Below are positions 40,969 to 51,608 of a DNA stretch of 64,000 nucleotides, in pieces. This stretch comes from an uncultured delta proteobacterium (lineage in GTDB: Bacteria > Desulfobacterota > Binatia > UBA9968): assembly GCA_963755715.1 (NCBI GenBank), contig CAVWLW010000041.1, positions 1 through 64,000 of the forward strand, read 5' to 3'. Position 1 is the stretch's first letter, and each line of letters opens with the position of its first letter. The notes under the pieces are model-generated. The model had not been told where the DNA came from and ran no database searches. It worked only from the letters and a program-made list of their open reading frames with translations. Made by a program: the position numbers and the translations under genes.

Positions 40969-42043
40969 ATGAAAGACAAACTATGGACAACGGGCGCCGT
41001 CAATGTCCTGATCGCGTTTTTGATCCTGCTCGCTCGGTTGATGCCATCGCCGGCTCGAAGCCGCCGAAGCAAAGCCGCGCGAGATGCTCAAGCTGCGTTT
41101 GGGACTTGGCTCGGCGCCGGCGCCGCCGCTGCCCAATTCGGTGCTGTGGCTCGCCAAGGATCTCGGATTCTACGCCCGCGAAGGACTCGACGTCGAGCTG
41201 ACAGAGTTTCAAGGCACGCCGCTGGCGATCGCGGCGATGGTTTCTGGTGATGTCGATGTGGCGAATGTATCGACTTCGGAAGTCATCCGGATGAACGCGA
41301 CAAAAGGCCAGCCCATGCGCGCCATCCACTCACCGGATGCGCGCCTTTATTTTCTCATCGCCGCCAGGGAAGAATTCAAATCGGTCAGCGCCCTCCAAGG
41401 GAGAACTTTCGCGGTTTCGCGCATCGGCAGCGTGGATCATTCACTCTCTTCGATTGCGTTAAAAGCCCTCGGCCTCAATCCCTCCAGCTTAACCATGGTA
41501 GCCATGGGCGTTCCCTCGACCCGTGCCCAGGCCCTGGTGGCCGGACGCATCGACGCTACGTCGCTTTCAGTGGGCACATGGATTACGATCCAGAAGGAAC
41601 CGGGCGTGCGCATTTTGGTCGATCACAACACCTACTTCGAGAACACCGCGGTGGTCGAAAAAGTGAACGCGGCCACAACTAAAGTTCTGGACGAAAAACC
41701 CGAGCATCTGCGGCGCTTCACCGGCGCGATCCTCAAGGCCAGCCGGCATTTTGCGGAAAATCAGGACGCCTGGGTGGCCGCCATTACCAAGCGCCGCCCC
41801 GACCTCGATCGCGCCGACGCGGCCAATCTCTGGACAGGTTTTAAAACCGCTTGGGCGGTAAACGGCTTGATGAATCTCGACGTGTACAGGAAAAGCTCGG
41901 ACTTTTTTTACCAAGTGGGAATGTTGGAGAAGGTTCCGAAAATCGAAGTTGCGGAATGGGCTGATACTCGATTCGTCGACGGCGTGCTAAAGGAAATCGG
42001 CGTCAACGCCAACGCCGATCCCATCGGCCGAACGGTGCGTTAA
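40969..42043 (+). CDS. ABC transporter substrate-binding protein; probable frameshift(s) just after the signal peptide
   Basis: Signal MKDKLWTTGAVNVLIAFLILL in ORF 40969; mature part in 41084..42043 (WLAKDLGFYAREGLDVE). Confidence 0.82.
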
Positions 42044-42157
42044 TCGCGGCGCGACGCTCGGTGTTTGACCCATCGTAAATGCATTGTTCAAAATGGTTGA
42101 AAGCGGTATAGAAACCTGACTGAAGAACCTCGTAACAAGTCTTAGGAGGACAAACCC

Positions 42158-43238
42158 ATGACCATCGCACTATCCCACGGCGGCACTACGATCTATTCTT
42201 CACCCTCTCCGTCAAACGAAGTCTTGGTCGGCACTCGCGAAGGCGTCGTAACCATCGCGAGAGAGAACTCTGATGCGGAATGGCAGGTCACACACCGCGC
42301 CATTCCCGACAAACACATCAGCGCGATGATTACCGAACCCGAGAGCGGCTTGATGTTCGCCGGCGCATTTCATGGCTCGGTGCAAATGAGCGCCGACGGG
42401 GGCAAGAGTTGGGAGCCGCGCGGCAACGGCATGACGCAAGAACAATGTCTATTCGCTCGCAGCGAGGCGCGTCGAATGGCCGCGTCGCGTTTGTTTGCCG
42501 GCACCGAACCGGCGCACCTTTTCGCCAGCGACGACCTCGGAGTGAATTGGCAGCGAAATACCGTCGCTGCGCTCCGTGCCGAGCGTGCCCAAGTGGAATT
42601 TTCCCGCGCCGCCCCACATCGGCCATGTTAAACACATCAACTTCGATCCCGATAATCCTAAGACGATTTATGCCTCGGTCGAAGTCGGCGGTCTCCTCCG
42701 CAGCACCGACGCCGGCGAGCACTGGGAAGAATTTCCCAGCTTGTATGAAGACGTGCATCGGCTGATGATTCATCCGACGAACGCCAGATTCTTATACGGC
42801 GTCACCGGGCGCGGACTTTATGTCAGTCCCGATGCCGGTGGGAGTTGGGAACAGTGGACGAAGAGAGAAGATGAAATCGGCGGCTACCCGGACGGCTTCG
42901 TGTTCCGTCCGTCGGATCCGAAACTGATCTTGATGACCGCCGCGCACGACGCGCCCGGAACCTGGCGCACGACTCACTTCGCCGGCGCGCGCATCTCGCG
43001 CAGCAAGGATGGCGGACGAACCTGGGAGATTTTGCGCAACGGCCTGCCCGACCGCTTGCAGGCAAGTATCGAAGCTTTCTGTTTGGAGGAAGCAGGCGAC
43101 TCGACGTCGATCTTTGCGGCGACCACCGCCGGCGACATATTCTGCTCCAATGATCTCGGCGACAGCTGGCAAAAAATTATCAGCAACTTGCCGCCGATCT
43201 CCAAAGCCGGCCACTATCGAAACCTCGTGGCGGCGTGA
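42158..43238 (+). CDS. BNR/Asp-box repeat (sialidase/Ycf48-like) beta-propeller protein; frameshifts ~42440-42570
   Basis: AGGAGG RBS; Asp-boxes SADGGKSW, SDDLG, STDAGEHW, SPDAGGSW, SKDGGRTW, SNDLGDSW; AGTEPAHLF. Confidence 0.85.
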
Positions 43239-43250
43239 CCTGCATACAAA

Positions 43251-43278
43251 CGCGTCGGGTGAGAAATCACCCGACGCG
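43251..43278. terminator. perfect hairpin between convergent genes
   Basis: CGCGTCGGGTGA-GAAA-TCACCCGACGCG (12-bp stem). Confidence 0.75.
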
Positions 43279-43302
43279 CTGAAATTGTGTTTAAAAAAAT
43301 AA

Positions 43303-43944
43303 TTAGAAAAACTTCAACCGCAGTTTGCGAGCGGCAAAGCCCACGAAGCCCATAGTGAAAAGTAGCAAACTGCTCGGTTCGGGAACCGACGCTGTTTCTG
43401 CGGCAGCCAACTGTGGCACGAACTCCGCTCCGGTGAGATTTAACTGCACGGTGCCTGTTTGGGAATGATATGGATTCACGGTCCAACCTGTGACCGGATT
43501 CAGTTGGCTATTTTCCGGGACGCTGCTGAAAAGATTATAGGCGATCAAATAAATTCCAGCGGACTGTCCTGTCAAATTACCGGCATTTACTTGAGACAAC
43601 CAGCCCGGCCCGCTGTCATCATTATTGAACACTAAATTCCCGAGCGCGTTCAGAATGTAGAGTTCAGTGTCATTGTCTCCGCTCAGAGACGTTCCAATCA
43701 TATCCACCGCGAAGATGCTGGGATCGGGAATATAAATTCTAAATACATCGGTATCGTTGGCCGGACTGAGTGTACCCATAATTGTGTTGAGAGCACCGGT
43801 GCCGATCGGCGTTTGCGCCGTGAGCGGTGTGTCGCCCGCGTCGCTGATTTCGTTCCAAGTCACGGCAGCGGCTGTCGTAGCGATCGAAATGAAGCATAGA
43901 CACGTGACAAGGGCGCCGGCGATGTGTTGTCTCTTCAGTTGCAT
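43303..43944 (-). CDS. PEP-CTERM sorting domain protein (PPC/DVUA0089-like domain)
   Basis: Signal peptide; DTDVF, DTELY, NDDSG; C-terminus VPEPSSLLLFTMGFVGFAARKLR. Confidence 0.9.
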   Translation of the reverse strand: MQLKRQHIAGALVTCLCFISIATTAAAVTWNEISDAGDTPLTAQTPIGTGALNTIMGTLSPANDTDVFRIYIPDPSIFAVDMIGTSLSGDNDTELYILNALGNLVFNNDDSGPGWLSQVNAGNLTGQSAGIYLIAYNLFSSVPENSQLNPVTGWTVNPYHSQTGTVQLNLTGAEFVPQLAAAETASVPEPSSLLLFTMGFVGFAARKLRLKFF

Positions 43945-43980
43945 ATTTTTCTCCTCAAAAATTCTTTCGAGGAGAGCAAG

Positions 43981-43996
43981 AGCAACCGCCGTACCA
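43981..43996 (-). promoter_or_regulatory. sigma54 (-24/-12) promoter of the PEP-CTERM gene
   Basis: Minus strand TGGTACGGCGGTTGCT, i.e. GG-N10-GC. Confidence 0.75.
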
Positions 43997-44038
43997 CGCG
44001 GAATTTGACGTTTCGTTAAAAAGTCGCCACGCCGAGAG

Positions 44039-44144
44039 TGTAAAGAACCTTTATAGAAAAACTTCGATCTTGCAGACGCCGAGAATTCTCTCGAACTTTT
44101 TTCGGCCCTTACTCACTGGAATCGTCTTGTTAAAACAGTTTACA
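44039..44144. promoter_or_regulatory. two TGT-N11-ACA-type enhancer boxes (NtrC/PrsR-type activator sites)
   Basis: TGTAAAGAACCTTTATA (44039..44055) and TGTTAAAACAGTTTACA (44128..44144), upstream of the sigma54 site. Confidence 0.6.
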
Positions 44145-44536
44145 AACTTAGAACCGCTTCCAATTTTTTGTGACAATGGTGCGGTCCTGTCATGTGACAC
44201 TGTCAAAATCGCGCGAATGATCAAATGATGACACGCATGTCATGCGATAGAAATTTGTTCCCGCGCTCCCGATCGTCTGCCTCTGATCGAGCGAGGAGAA
44301 TCGTAATCGTGAAATGCTCAGCCTATATTCGGGCAAACTCTCTCCGGCGGATTCCGAATCGAAGCGATGATCGTCGCGCTAGTTCATTTAAAAATACTGT
44401 AAACGGTAAAAAGTCTTCTTCTGTTCCTTAGCGCATTCGATGCCCGACTTACCCGCGTCGAAGCCATAATCTCAATGTCGCTCGACCGCCGGCGTGAATT
44501 GAAGCTCCGGAAATTTAGTGGTAGACGAGAAAAGCT

Positions 44537-46607
44537 ATGTCCAAATACCGAGTTACCGTAGACACCGGGGGAACGTTTTCTGACTTTGTCTTTTTCAACG
44601 AAGACACGGGCGAGATCACGATTACAAAAGTTCCGTCGACGCCGAAAGAGCCTTTTCAAGCGGTCTTGAACGGCGTAAAGGAACTGATCGATCAAGGCGT
44701 GCCGGCGGGCGACATATCTTTTTTTTGCCACGGCACGACCGTGGGCACCAACGCGCTCCTCGAAGAGAAGGGCGCGAAAACAGGTCTCCTCGTTACCCAA
44801 GGCTTTCGCGGCATCTATGAAGTGATGGAGCAGACGCGCGGTTACGGCCCGGCGACTTACGACCTCTTCTTCGAGAAGCCGCGCTTGCTCGCGCCCCCTT
44901 ATTTAACCGAGGAAATTCCCGAGCGGGTCGACTTCCGCGGCAACGTGCTCAAGCCCATCGACGTCGAAACTTCTCGCGAGGCCGTGCGCAGGCTCAAGAA
45001 AAAAGGCGTGCAATCGGTCGCCGTCTGCTTTCTTTTTTCGTTCTTGAATCCGGCGCACGAGCTCAAAATCAAGGAAATCTTCGCGCAGGAATTTCCCGAA
45101 GCGCGGCTCTCGCTCTCCTACGAAGTCCTGCCGCAGATCCGCGAGTTCTATCGGCTGAGCACGACCGTAATCAACGGTTATATTCAACCGGTCATGGCGA
45201 ATTACTTGAGCCGTCTCGAAAACCGCATGCGCGAGATGGGCGTGACGACCCCGAAGCTCTACATCATGCAATCCAACGGCGGCGTATCGACGTTCAAAGG
45301 CTCGGGCGAAAAGCCCGTCGCTACGGTTCTTTCCGGCCCCGCCGGCGGCGTCATCGCGTCCATGGGTACCTGCGAGCGGGTCGGCATCAACAACATCATC
45401 ACCTTCGACATGGGCGGCACGAGTTGCGATGTCGCGCTGATCCACCAGGGAAATCCAGTAATCACCACGCAGGGAAAAATAAACATGCGCCCGATCGCGC
45501 TGCCGATGCTCGACATCCACACCGTCAGCGCCGGCGGCGGCACGATCGCGCGCATCGACGCCGTGGGCGGTTTGCAAGTCGGCCCGGATAGCGCGGGCGC
45601 CGATCCCGGTCCAGTGTCTTACGACCGCGGCGGCGAAAACATCACGATCACCGACGCCAATATCGTCACCGGTGTTTTGGACCCGGATCATTTCCTCGGC
45701 GGCAGAATGAAGCTCAACAAGAGCAAGGCGGAAAAGCTGCTCGAGGAAAAAATCGCCAAGCCGCTCAAGCTCAACTTGCTCGAAGCCGCCGACGGCGTGC
45801 TTAAAATCATCAACGTCAAAATGGAAGAAGCGATCAAGGCGGTCTCCTCGGCGCGCGGCTACGACATCCGCGACTTTACGCTGGTCGCCTTCGGCGGCGG
45901 CGGACCGATGCATGCGGGCAGAATGGCGCTCGACTTGGGCATTCCGTCGGTGCTGATTCCGCTCACGCCGGGCGTTCATTCGGCGCTCGGTTTGTTAATG
46001 TCGGACGTCAAGCATGACTACGTGCGCTCGAAGCTTGTCGGCCTCGACGAACTGGACTTAGATGAAATCAATGATCTGTTTCATCAGTTGGTCGACCAGG
46101 CGAAAGCCGAATTGCGCAGCGAAGGATTTCGCGACGAAGAGATCAAGATCGAACCCTATCTTGGATTTGCGCTACGCCGGCCAGGGCTACGAGCTGACCG
46201 TTCCATGCATCATGCCGCCGCTCAAAAAAGAAGATCTTAAAGTGATGCGCCAGCGCTTCGACACGATGCACGAGCAAAACTCCGGGCATAAAGCCGAGAC
46301 CGAACCGGTGGAGCTCGTGAGCCTGCGGTTGATTTCCCTCGGGCTGGTGCCGCAGGCCAAACTCTCGCCGGGAAAAATTACCGGCCGCAAAATCGACGAG
46401 GCCAAAACCGGCGAGCGCAAGGTTTTCTTTGGCAAAGAACACGGCTCGCTTACGACTCAGATCTACAATCGCGCCCTCTTCGAACCCGGCCATAAGCTCA
46501 GCGGCCCGGCGATCGTCGAACAATTAGACACGACGACGGTGATTCACCCCGAGCAAGAAGCAACGGTCGACGAATACCGAAATATAATTATTAAAGAGAA
46601 ACGATGA
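44537..46607 (+). CDS. hydantoinase A / oxoprolinase family (ATP-binding subunit); frameshift near 46160
   Basis: VDTGGTFSD, HGTTVGTNA, LSGPAGG, DMGGTSCD, SAGGG, AFGGGGPMH; DLRYAGQGYEL, GPAIVEQLDTT. Confidence 0.93.
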
Positions 46608-48367
46608 GGCAAAAAGGCATGACTGTCGATCCCGTAACCCTACAAGTTATCCAAGCGCGTCTCGCCGGCATCGTCCAGGAGATGCAGAACTCGCTGTTCC
46701 GCACCGGCTACTCGACGATCATCCGCGAGTCGCAGGACGCGAGCTGCGCGATTTTAAATCGCCAAGGCGAAGTCGTCGCGCAGCATGTTGTGCTGCCGCT
46801 GCACATGGGCGCTTTTCCGGCGTGCGCCGCGGGCGTTTTAAAAAATTACAGCGCCGACGAAGTGCATGAGGGCGACGCGTTTATTACCAATCATCCCTAT
46901 CTCGGCGGCAGCCCGCACGCGCCGGACATGGCCGTGCTCTCGCCGATTTTTTATCAAGGCGAATGGGTCGGCTTCGCCGCCAATCTGGCGCACAAAAGCG
47001 ACATCGGCGGTCCCGTGCCGGGTAGTTGCTGGAGTCAGGCGCGGGAAATTTACCAGGAAGGGTTGCACGTGCCGCCGATCAAGTACGTGCAAGCTTACAA
47101 AACCAGCAAAGACATCGAAGCGCTGCTCGGCTGCAACAGCCGCACGCCGGAGCTCGTCGTCGGCGATCTGCGCGGCCAGGTCGGCGCGGCGCGCCTGGGC
47201 GAACGACGTTTTCAGGAAATGATGCAGCGCTACGGCAAGGAGACAATACTCGAATCCTTCGAGCAGCTCTTCGCGTTGACCGAAGCCAAGGTGCGCACAG
47301 AAATCGCCTCGTGGCCCGACGGGGTGGGTGAAGGCGAGCGCTTCGTCGACAGCGACGGCATCGAGCTCGACAAGCCGGTGCGCCTGCACGTGCGCATGGA
47401 AAAGAAAGGCGATCGTTTATATTTTGATTTCACCGGCTGTGCCGATCAAACCAAAGGCCCAGCGAACATCCGCCCGACCATTGTGCGCGCGGCCTGCTGC
47501 TACCTGCTTACCTGCCTCGTCGATCCTGCGTTGGCGATCAATTACGGCTTGGCCAGATGCATCGACATCAAAGTGCGCGACGGGAGCGTGGTGAACCCGC
47601 GCTTCCCGGCACCGGTCAATACCTATAACCCGACCGTCCATGCGTTAGTTGAATCCCTACTCGAAGCTTCGAGCCAGATCACGCCTCGGAAAAAGGTCGG
47701 CGACGGCTGCAGCAGCCGCTCGATCATCATCGGCGGGCGCAGCAACAAAACCGGCAAAGGCTACGTGCAGTACGAAATCTTCGGCGGCGGCTCCGGCGGC
47801 AGAAGCGGCAAAGACGGTGTCTCCGGCACCAACGTGAACCAGTCCAATGCCAAGATCGCACCGATCGAGATCATCGAATCGGAATTCGCGACCCGGGTCA
47901 AGCGCTTCGAACTGATCCCGGATTCCGGTGGTCCTGGCCGATTCCGCGGTGGCTTGGGCTTCGTGCGCGAGTACGAAGTCCTCGACAACGACGCGCGCTT
48001 TTCCCTGCGCTCGACCAAACACACGGTCGCGCCCAAAGGCATCGACGGCGGCATGGACGGCAAGACCGGCCACTGCACGTTAAATCCCGGCAAACCCGAG
48101 GAACGTGTCATCCCCTCGCGCTTCTCCGATCACGTGCTTCATCCCGGCGAAGTTTTCAGTCTCGAAACTCCCGGTGGCGGCGGTTTGGGCGATGTTCTCA
48201 CCCGGGATCCCGAGCGCGTGCTCCACGACGTGCGCAACGGTTACGTCACGCAAAAAAAAGCGCGCGAAGTCTACCGCGTCGCCATCGACGCGGCGGACGG
48301 CGACTTTGTGCTGAACGAAGCGGCAGACGCGCGAGCTTCGCTCACAGGCGTGAGGCGAAAGGCATGA
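46604..48367 (+). CDS. hydantoinase B / oxoprolinase family, copy 1 (true stop may be 48353)
   Basis: DPVTLQVI, STIIRESQD, NHPYLGGSPHAPD, HKSDIGG, DSGGPGRFRGG, TPGGGGLG. Confidence 0.93.
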   Translation: MRQKGMTVDPVTLQVIQARLAGIVQEMQNSLFRTGYSTIIRESQDASCAILNRQGEVVAQHVVLPLHMGAFPACAAGVLKNYSADEVHEGDAFITNHPYLGGSPHAPDMAVLSPIFYQGEWVGFAANLAHKSDIGGPVPGSCWSQAREIYQEGLHVPPIKYVQAYKTSKDIEALLGCNSRTPELVVGDLRGQVGAARLGERRFQEMMQRYGKETILESFEQLFALTEAKVRTEIASWPDGVGEGERFVDSDGIELDKPVRLHVRMEKKGDRLYFDFTGCADQTKGPANIRPTIVRAACCYLLTCLVDPALAINYGLARCIDIKVRDGSVVNPRFPAPVNTYNPTVHALVESLLEASSQITPRKKVGDGCSSRSIIIGGRSNKTGKGYVQYEIFGGGSGGRSGKDGVSGTNVNQSNAKIAPIEIIESEFATRVKRFELIPDSGGPGRFRGGLGFVREYEVLDNDARFSLRSTKHTVAPKGIDGGMDGKTGHCTLNPGKPEERVIPSRFSDHVLHPGEVFSLETPGGGGLGDVLTRDPERVLHDVRNGYVTQKKAREVYRVAIDAADGDFVLNEAADARASLTGVRRKA

Positions 48368-48472
48368 GGCACGAGTAACGGAACCCAACAGCGTATCGGA
48401 CTAGTAAGCCTTGCTATGCCATAATTGCGTACTCCTGTCCTGCTCATGCCTCACGCCTCGTGCCTCACGCCT
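48346..48472. repeat. inverted arrays of 7-mer AGGCGTG/AGGCACG units
   Basis: AGGCGTG AGGCGAA AGGCATG AGGCACG AG ... CTCATGC CTCACGC CTCGTGC CTCACGC CT. Confidence 0.78.
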
Positions 48473-48477
48473 GACCC

Positions 48478-50209
48478 ATGGTCGATCCCATCACACTCCA
48501 AGTCATCCAAGCCCGCCTCGCCGGTATCGTGCAAGAGATGCAAAATTCCCTCTTCCGCACCGGCTACTCGACAATCATCCGCGAGTCGCAGGACGCCAGT
48601 TGCGCGATATTGAATGTCGCCGGCGACGTCGTCGCGCAGCATGTCGTCTTGCCGCTCCACATGGGCGCCTTTCCCGCCTGTGCCGCGGCGATACTCAAGA
48701 GCTTTCCACCGAGTGAAATTCATGAAGGCGACGCCTTCATCATCAATCATCCGTATCTCGGCGGCAGCCCGCACGCGCCGGACATGGGCGTGCTGACGCC
48801 GATCTTTTACCAAGGCGAATGGGTCGGCTTCGCCGCCAACATGGCGCACAAGAGCGATATCGGCGGCACGGTGCCGGGCAGTGGCTCTGGCAACGCGAGA
48901 GAGATTTTTCAGGAAGGACTCCATCTGCCGCCGGTTAAATTCATGTCCCGGTTGCAGCCGGTAAAAGAGATCGACGCTGTGATCACGGCCAATAGCCGCA
49001 CTCCCGCGCTGGTGATCGGCGATCTCAGAGGTCAGGTCGGCGCCGCGCGCTTGGGCGAGCGTCGCATAGCCGAATTAATGGACCGCTACGGCAAAGCCAC
49101 AGTGCTGGAGTCCACTGAGCTATTGTCGGCATACACCGAAAATCGCGTGCGCCAGGCAATCGCCTCCTGGCCCGACGGCGAATCCGAAGGCGAAAGCTTC
49201 GTGGATCACGACGGCATCGACCTCACCCGCCCGATTCGGCTCCACGTCAAAGTCAAAAAACACGGCGATCAGCTCCATTTCGACTTTAGCGCCAGCAGCG
49301 ATCAAACCCAGGGGCCGGCGAATATTCGACCGCCGCTGGTGCGCGCCGCCTGCGCTTATTGTCTGGTCGCGTTGGTCGATCGTTTTTTGCCGATCAACCA
49401 AGGTCTCGCCCGCACGATCGATGCGACCTTTCGCGAAGGAAGCGTCGTCGATCCGCGCTTTCCAGCGGCGGTAAATACCTACATGCCGACGGCACTGACC
49501 GTCGCGGAAGCCGTCCTGAGAGCGCTCGCGCCGTTTGTTCCCGACAAGCGCATCTCCGGCGGCTCGGGCAGCGCTGCATTGGTGCTCGGCGGACGCGATG
49601 CCAGGAGCGACCGTGCCTTCGTGCACTATGAAATTTTCAGCGGCGGCACCGGCGCCCGCTCCGGTAAAGACGGCGTCTCGGCGACCGCGTTTCACCTGAG
49701 CAATTGCAAAACGGCGCCCGATCGAAATCATCGAGTCTGAATTTCCCGCTCGGGTCGAGCGCTTTGAAATGATCGCCGATTCCGGCGGCGCCGGCGAATG
49801 GCGCGGCGGTTTAGGTTTCGCCCGCGATTATCGCATTCTCGCCGACGACGTGCGTTTCTCCATGCGCACCGACAAACACACGATCGAGCCTTTCGGCAGC
49901 GATCACGGATTGCCAGGCGGCAAGGGCGCTTGCATCATCAATCCCACCAACAAAGACCCAATACGGATGCCATCGCGCTTCGGCGATCACCGCTTGCGCA
50001 CAAACGACATTGTCCGCGTCGAGCGCCCCGGCGGCGGCGGGCTTGGTAACGCACGCGCGCGTCCGGTCGAAAGCGTGCTCGAAGACGTACGCCAAGGGTA
50101 TGTTTCAGTCGAGCGGGCGCGGTCCGATTACGGGGTGGTGGTCATGCACGCCGACGAGGGACCCAAGGTCGACATTGCCGAAACTCAAGTTTTACGAGGA
50201 AAAAAGTAA
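48478..50209 (+). CDS. hydantoinase B / oxoprolinase family, copy 2; frameshift near 49720
   Basis: Same motifs as copy 1; ORF 48478..49740 joins 49769..50209 (DSGGAGEWRGG, RPGGGGLG). Confidence 0.92.
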
Positions 50210-50285
50210 AAAATAGTTGGCAATAGCCTCGTGCCTCTGCTATACACGTACCTAAATAATTTTATTCCTTGAAGGAGGAAAACGA

Positions 50286-50558
50286 ATGGCAGCAGCAAAA
50301 AAGAAACGTAAACCGAATGCGGCGTTCATGAAACCGGTTCAGCCGGACACCGCACTCAGCGCCGTGGTGGGTAACAAACCGATCCCGCGCACTGAGGTGA
50401 CGAAGAAACTGTGGGCCTATATCAAAAAGAAAGGGCTCCAGGACAAGAAGAAGAGGACCAACATCAATGCCGACGACGCATTGAAAGCAGTTTTCGGCGG
50501 CAAGAAAACCGTCACGATGTTCGAGATGACCAAGCTCGTCAGCAAGCACCTCAAGTAA
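50286..50558 (+). CDS. SWIB/MDM2 domain protein
   Basis: AAGGAGG RBS; NAAFMKPVQP..LSAVVG..PRTEVTKKLWAYIKKKGLQD...INADDALKAVFGG...MFEMTKLVSKHL. Confidence 0.93.
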   Translation: MAAAKKKRKPNAAFMKPVQPDTALSAVVGNKPIPRTEVTKKLWAYIKKKGLQDKKKRTNINADDALKAVFGGKKTVTMFEMTKLVSKHLK

Positions 50559-50583
50559 GCATCGCCAATCCCAAATTTTGCCA

Positions 50584-50628
50584 GGGCCAGGAGCACTCCG
50601 GCGCGAGCGCTCTTGGCCTTTGTGTTTT
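50584..50628 (+). terminator. putative intrinsic terminator
   Basis: GGCCAGGAGCACTC...GAGCGCTCTTGGCC followed by TTTGTGTTTT. Confidence 0.6.
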
Positions 50629-50720
50629 AGCTCTCCGTGCTCTCAAACGCAGCGTTGACATGCAAACGCGCCTTCCATTACTGTCGTTTCATATCTTAGT
50701 CTCTGACAAGGACAATGCTT

Positions 50721-51584
50721 ATGAATGAAACCGCGTACAAAGGCTTTCGCCTGGACGAGATGGAGTATCAATACAACCCGCGCGTCTCCGTACCCGAATA
50801 TCCGGAGCTTGCCAAAATGCGAGCGGCGCAAGCGCGCAAAGTGCGCGATAGCGCCAAGTCCTGGCTCAACGTCGCCTATGGCAGCTCGCCGCGCGAGTTG
50901 CTCGATATCTATGCCGCGGATAAGCCGGCCGGACCGGTGCTCGTCTATATTCACGGCGGCTATTGGCGCAGCGGCAGTAAAGAAGACAACTGCAACTTTG
51001 TGCCGACGTTCACCCAGCGCGGCGCCACTGTCGTGCTCGTCGAATATGATCTCTGCCCGCAAGTCACGGTCAGCGACATCGTCCGGCAAACCCGCTCAGC
51101 GATCGCTTGGACTTATAAAAATATCGTCCGCTACGGCGCCGACCCGGCGAAGCTGTTTATCGCCGGCCACTCCGCCGGCGGCCATCTAACGGCGATGGCG
51201 CTGGCGCACGACTGGGAGAAAGATGGCTTGCCGCGCGATCTCATCAAAGGCGCGGTTGCCACTTCGGGCGTGTACGATCTCCAGATGGTGATGCAGATCA
51301 GCGTGCAGGAGGACGTGCGCATGACGCCTGAAATCGCCGCGGCGAATAGCCCGATAATTCATCCGCCGCGGGTAAAATGTCCTTTGCTCGTCGCCGTCGG
51401 CGGCGCAGAACCAAAAGGCTGGCAGCAAATGTCCGAAGATTATTTTCAGTTCGCTAAACAGCACGGCATGAATGCGACCTATCTCGTCGAGCCCGACGCG
51501 AATCACTACACCATGTCGGAGCATTTGCTCGACGATCGGCGTCCGCTGACCCAGGCGATGATCCGTCAGCTGGGGCTTAGCTAA
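50721..51584 (+). CDS. alpha/beta hydrolase, arylformamidase (kynurenine formamidase)-like
   Basis: QYNPR, VAYG...LDIY, IHGGYW, YDLCP, GHSAGGHL, SGVYDL, NHY. Confidence 0.85.
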   Translation: MNETAYKGFRLDEMEYQYNPRVSVPEYPELAKMRAAQARKVRDSAKSWLNVAYGSSPRELLDIYAADKPAGPVLVYIHGGYWRSGSKEDNCNFVPTFTQRGATVVLVEYDLCPQVTVSDIVRQTRSAIAWTYKNIVRYGADPAKLFIAGHSAGGHLTAMALAHDWEKDGLPRDLIKGAVATSGVYDLQMVMQISVQEDVRMTPEIAAANSPIIHPPRVKCPLLVAVGGAEPKGWQQMSEDYFQFAKQHGMNATYLVEPDANHYTMSEHLLDDRRPLTQAMIRQLGLS

Positions 51585-51608
51585 GCTTACGAAAGGAATT
51601 CATTGGCT

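Noticed and set aside
46140-46180. Programmed frameshifting in hydantoinase A or other split genes
   Set aside because: No slippery heptamer noticed at the junctions, and similar breaks affect many unrelated genes.
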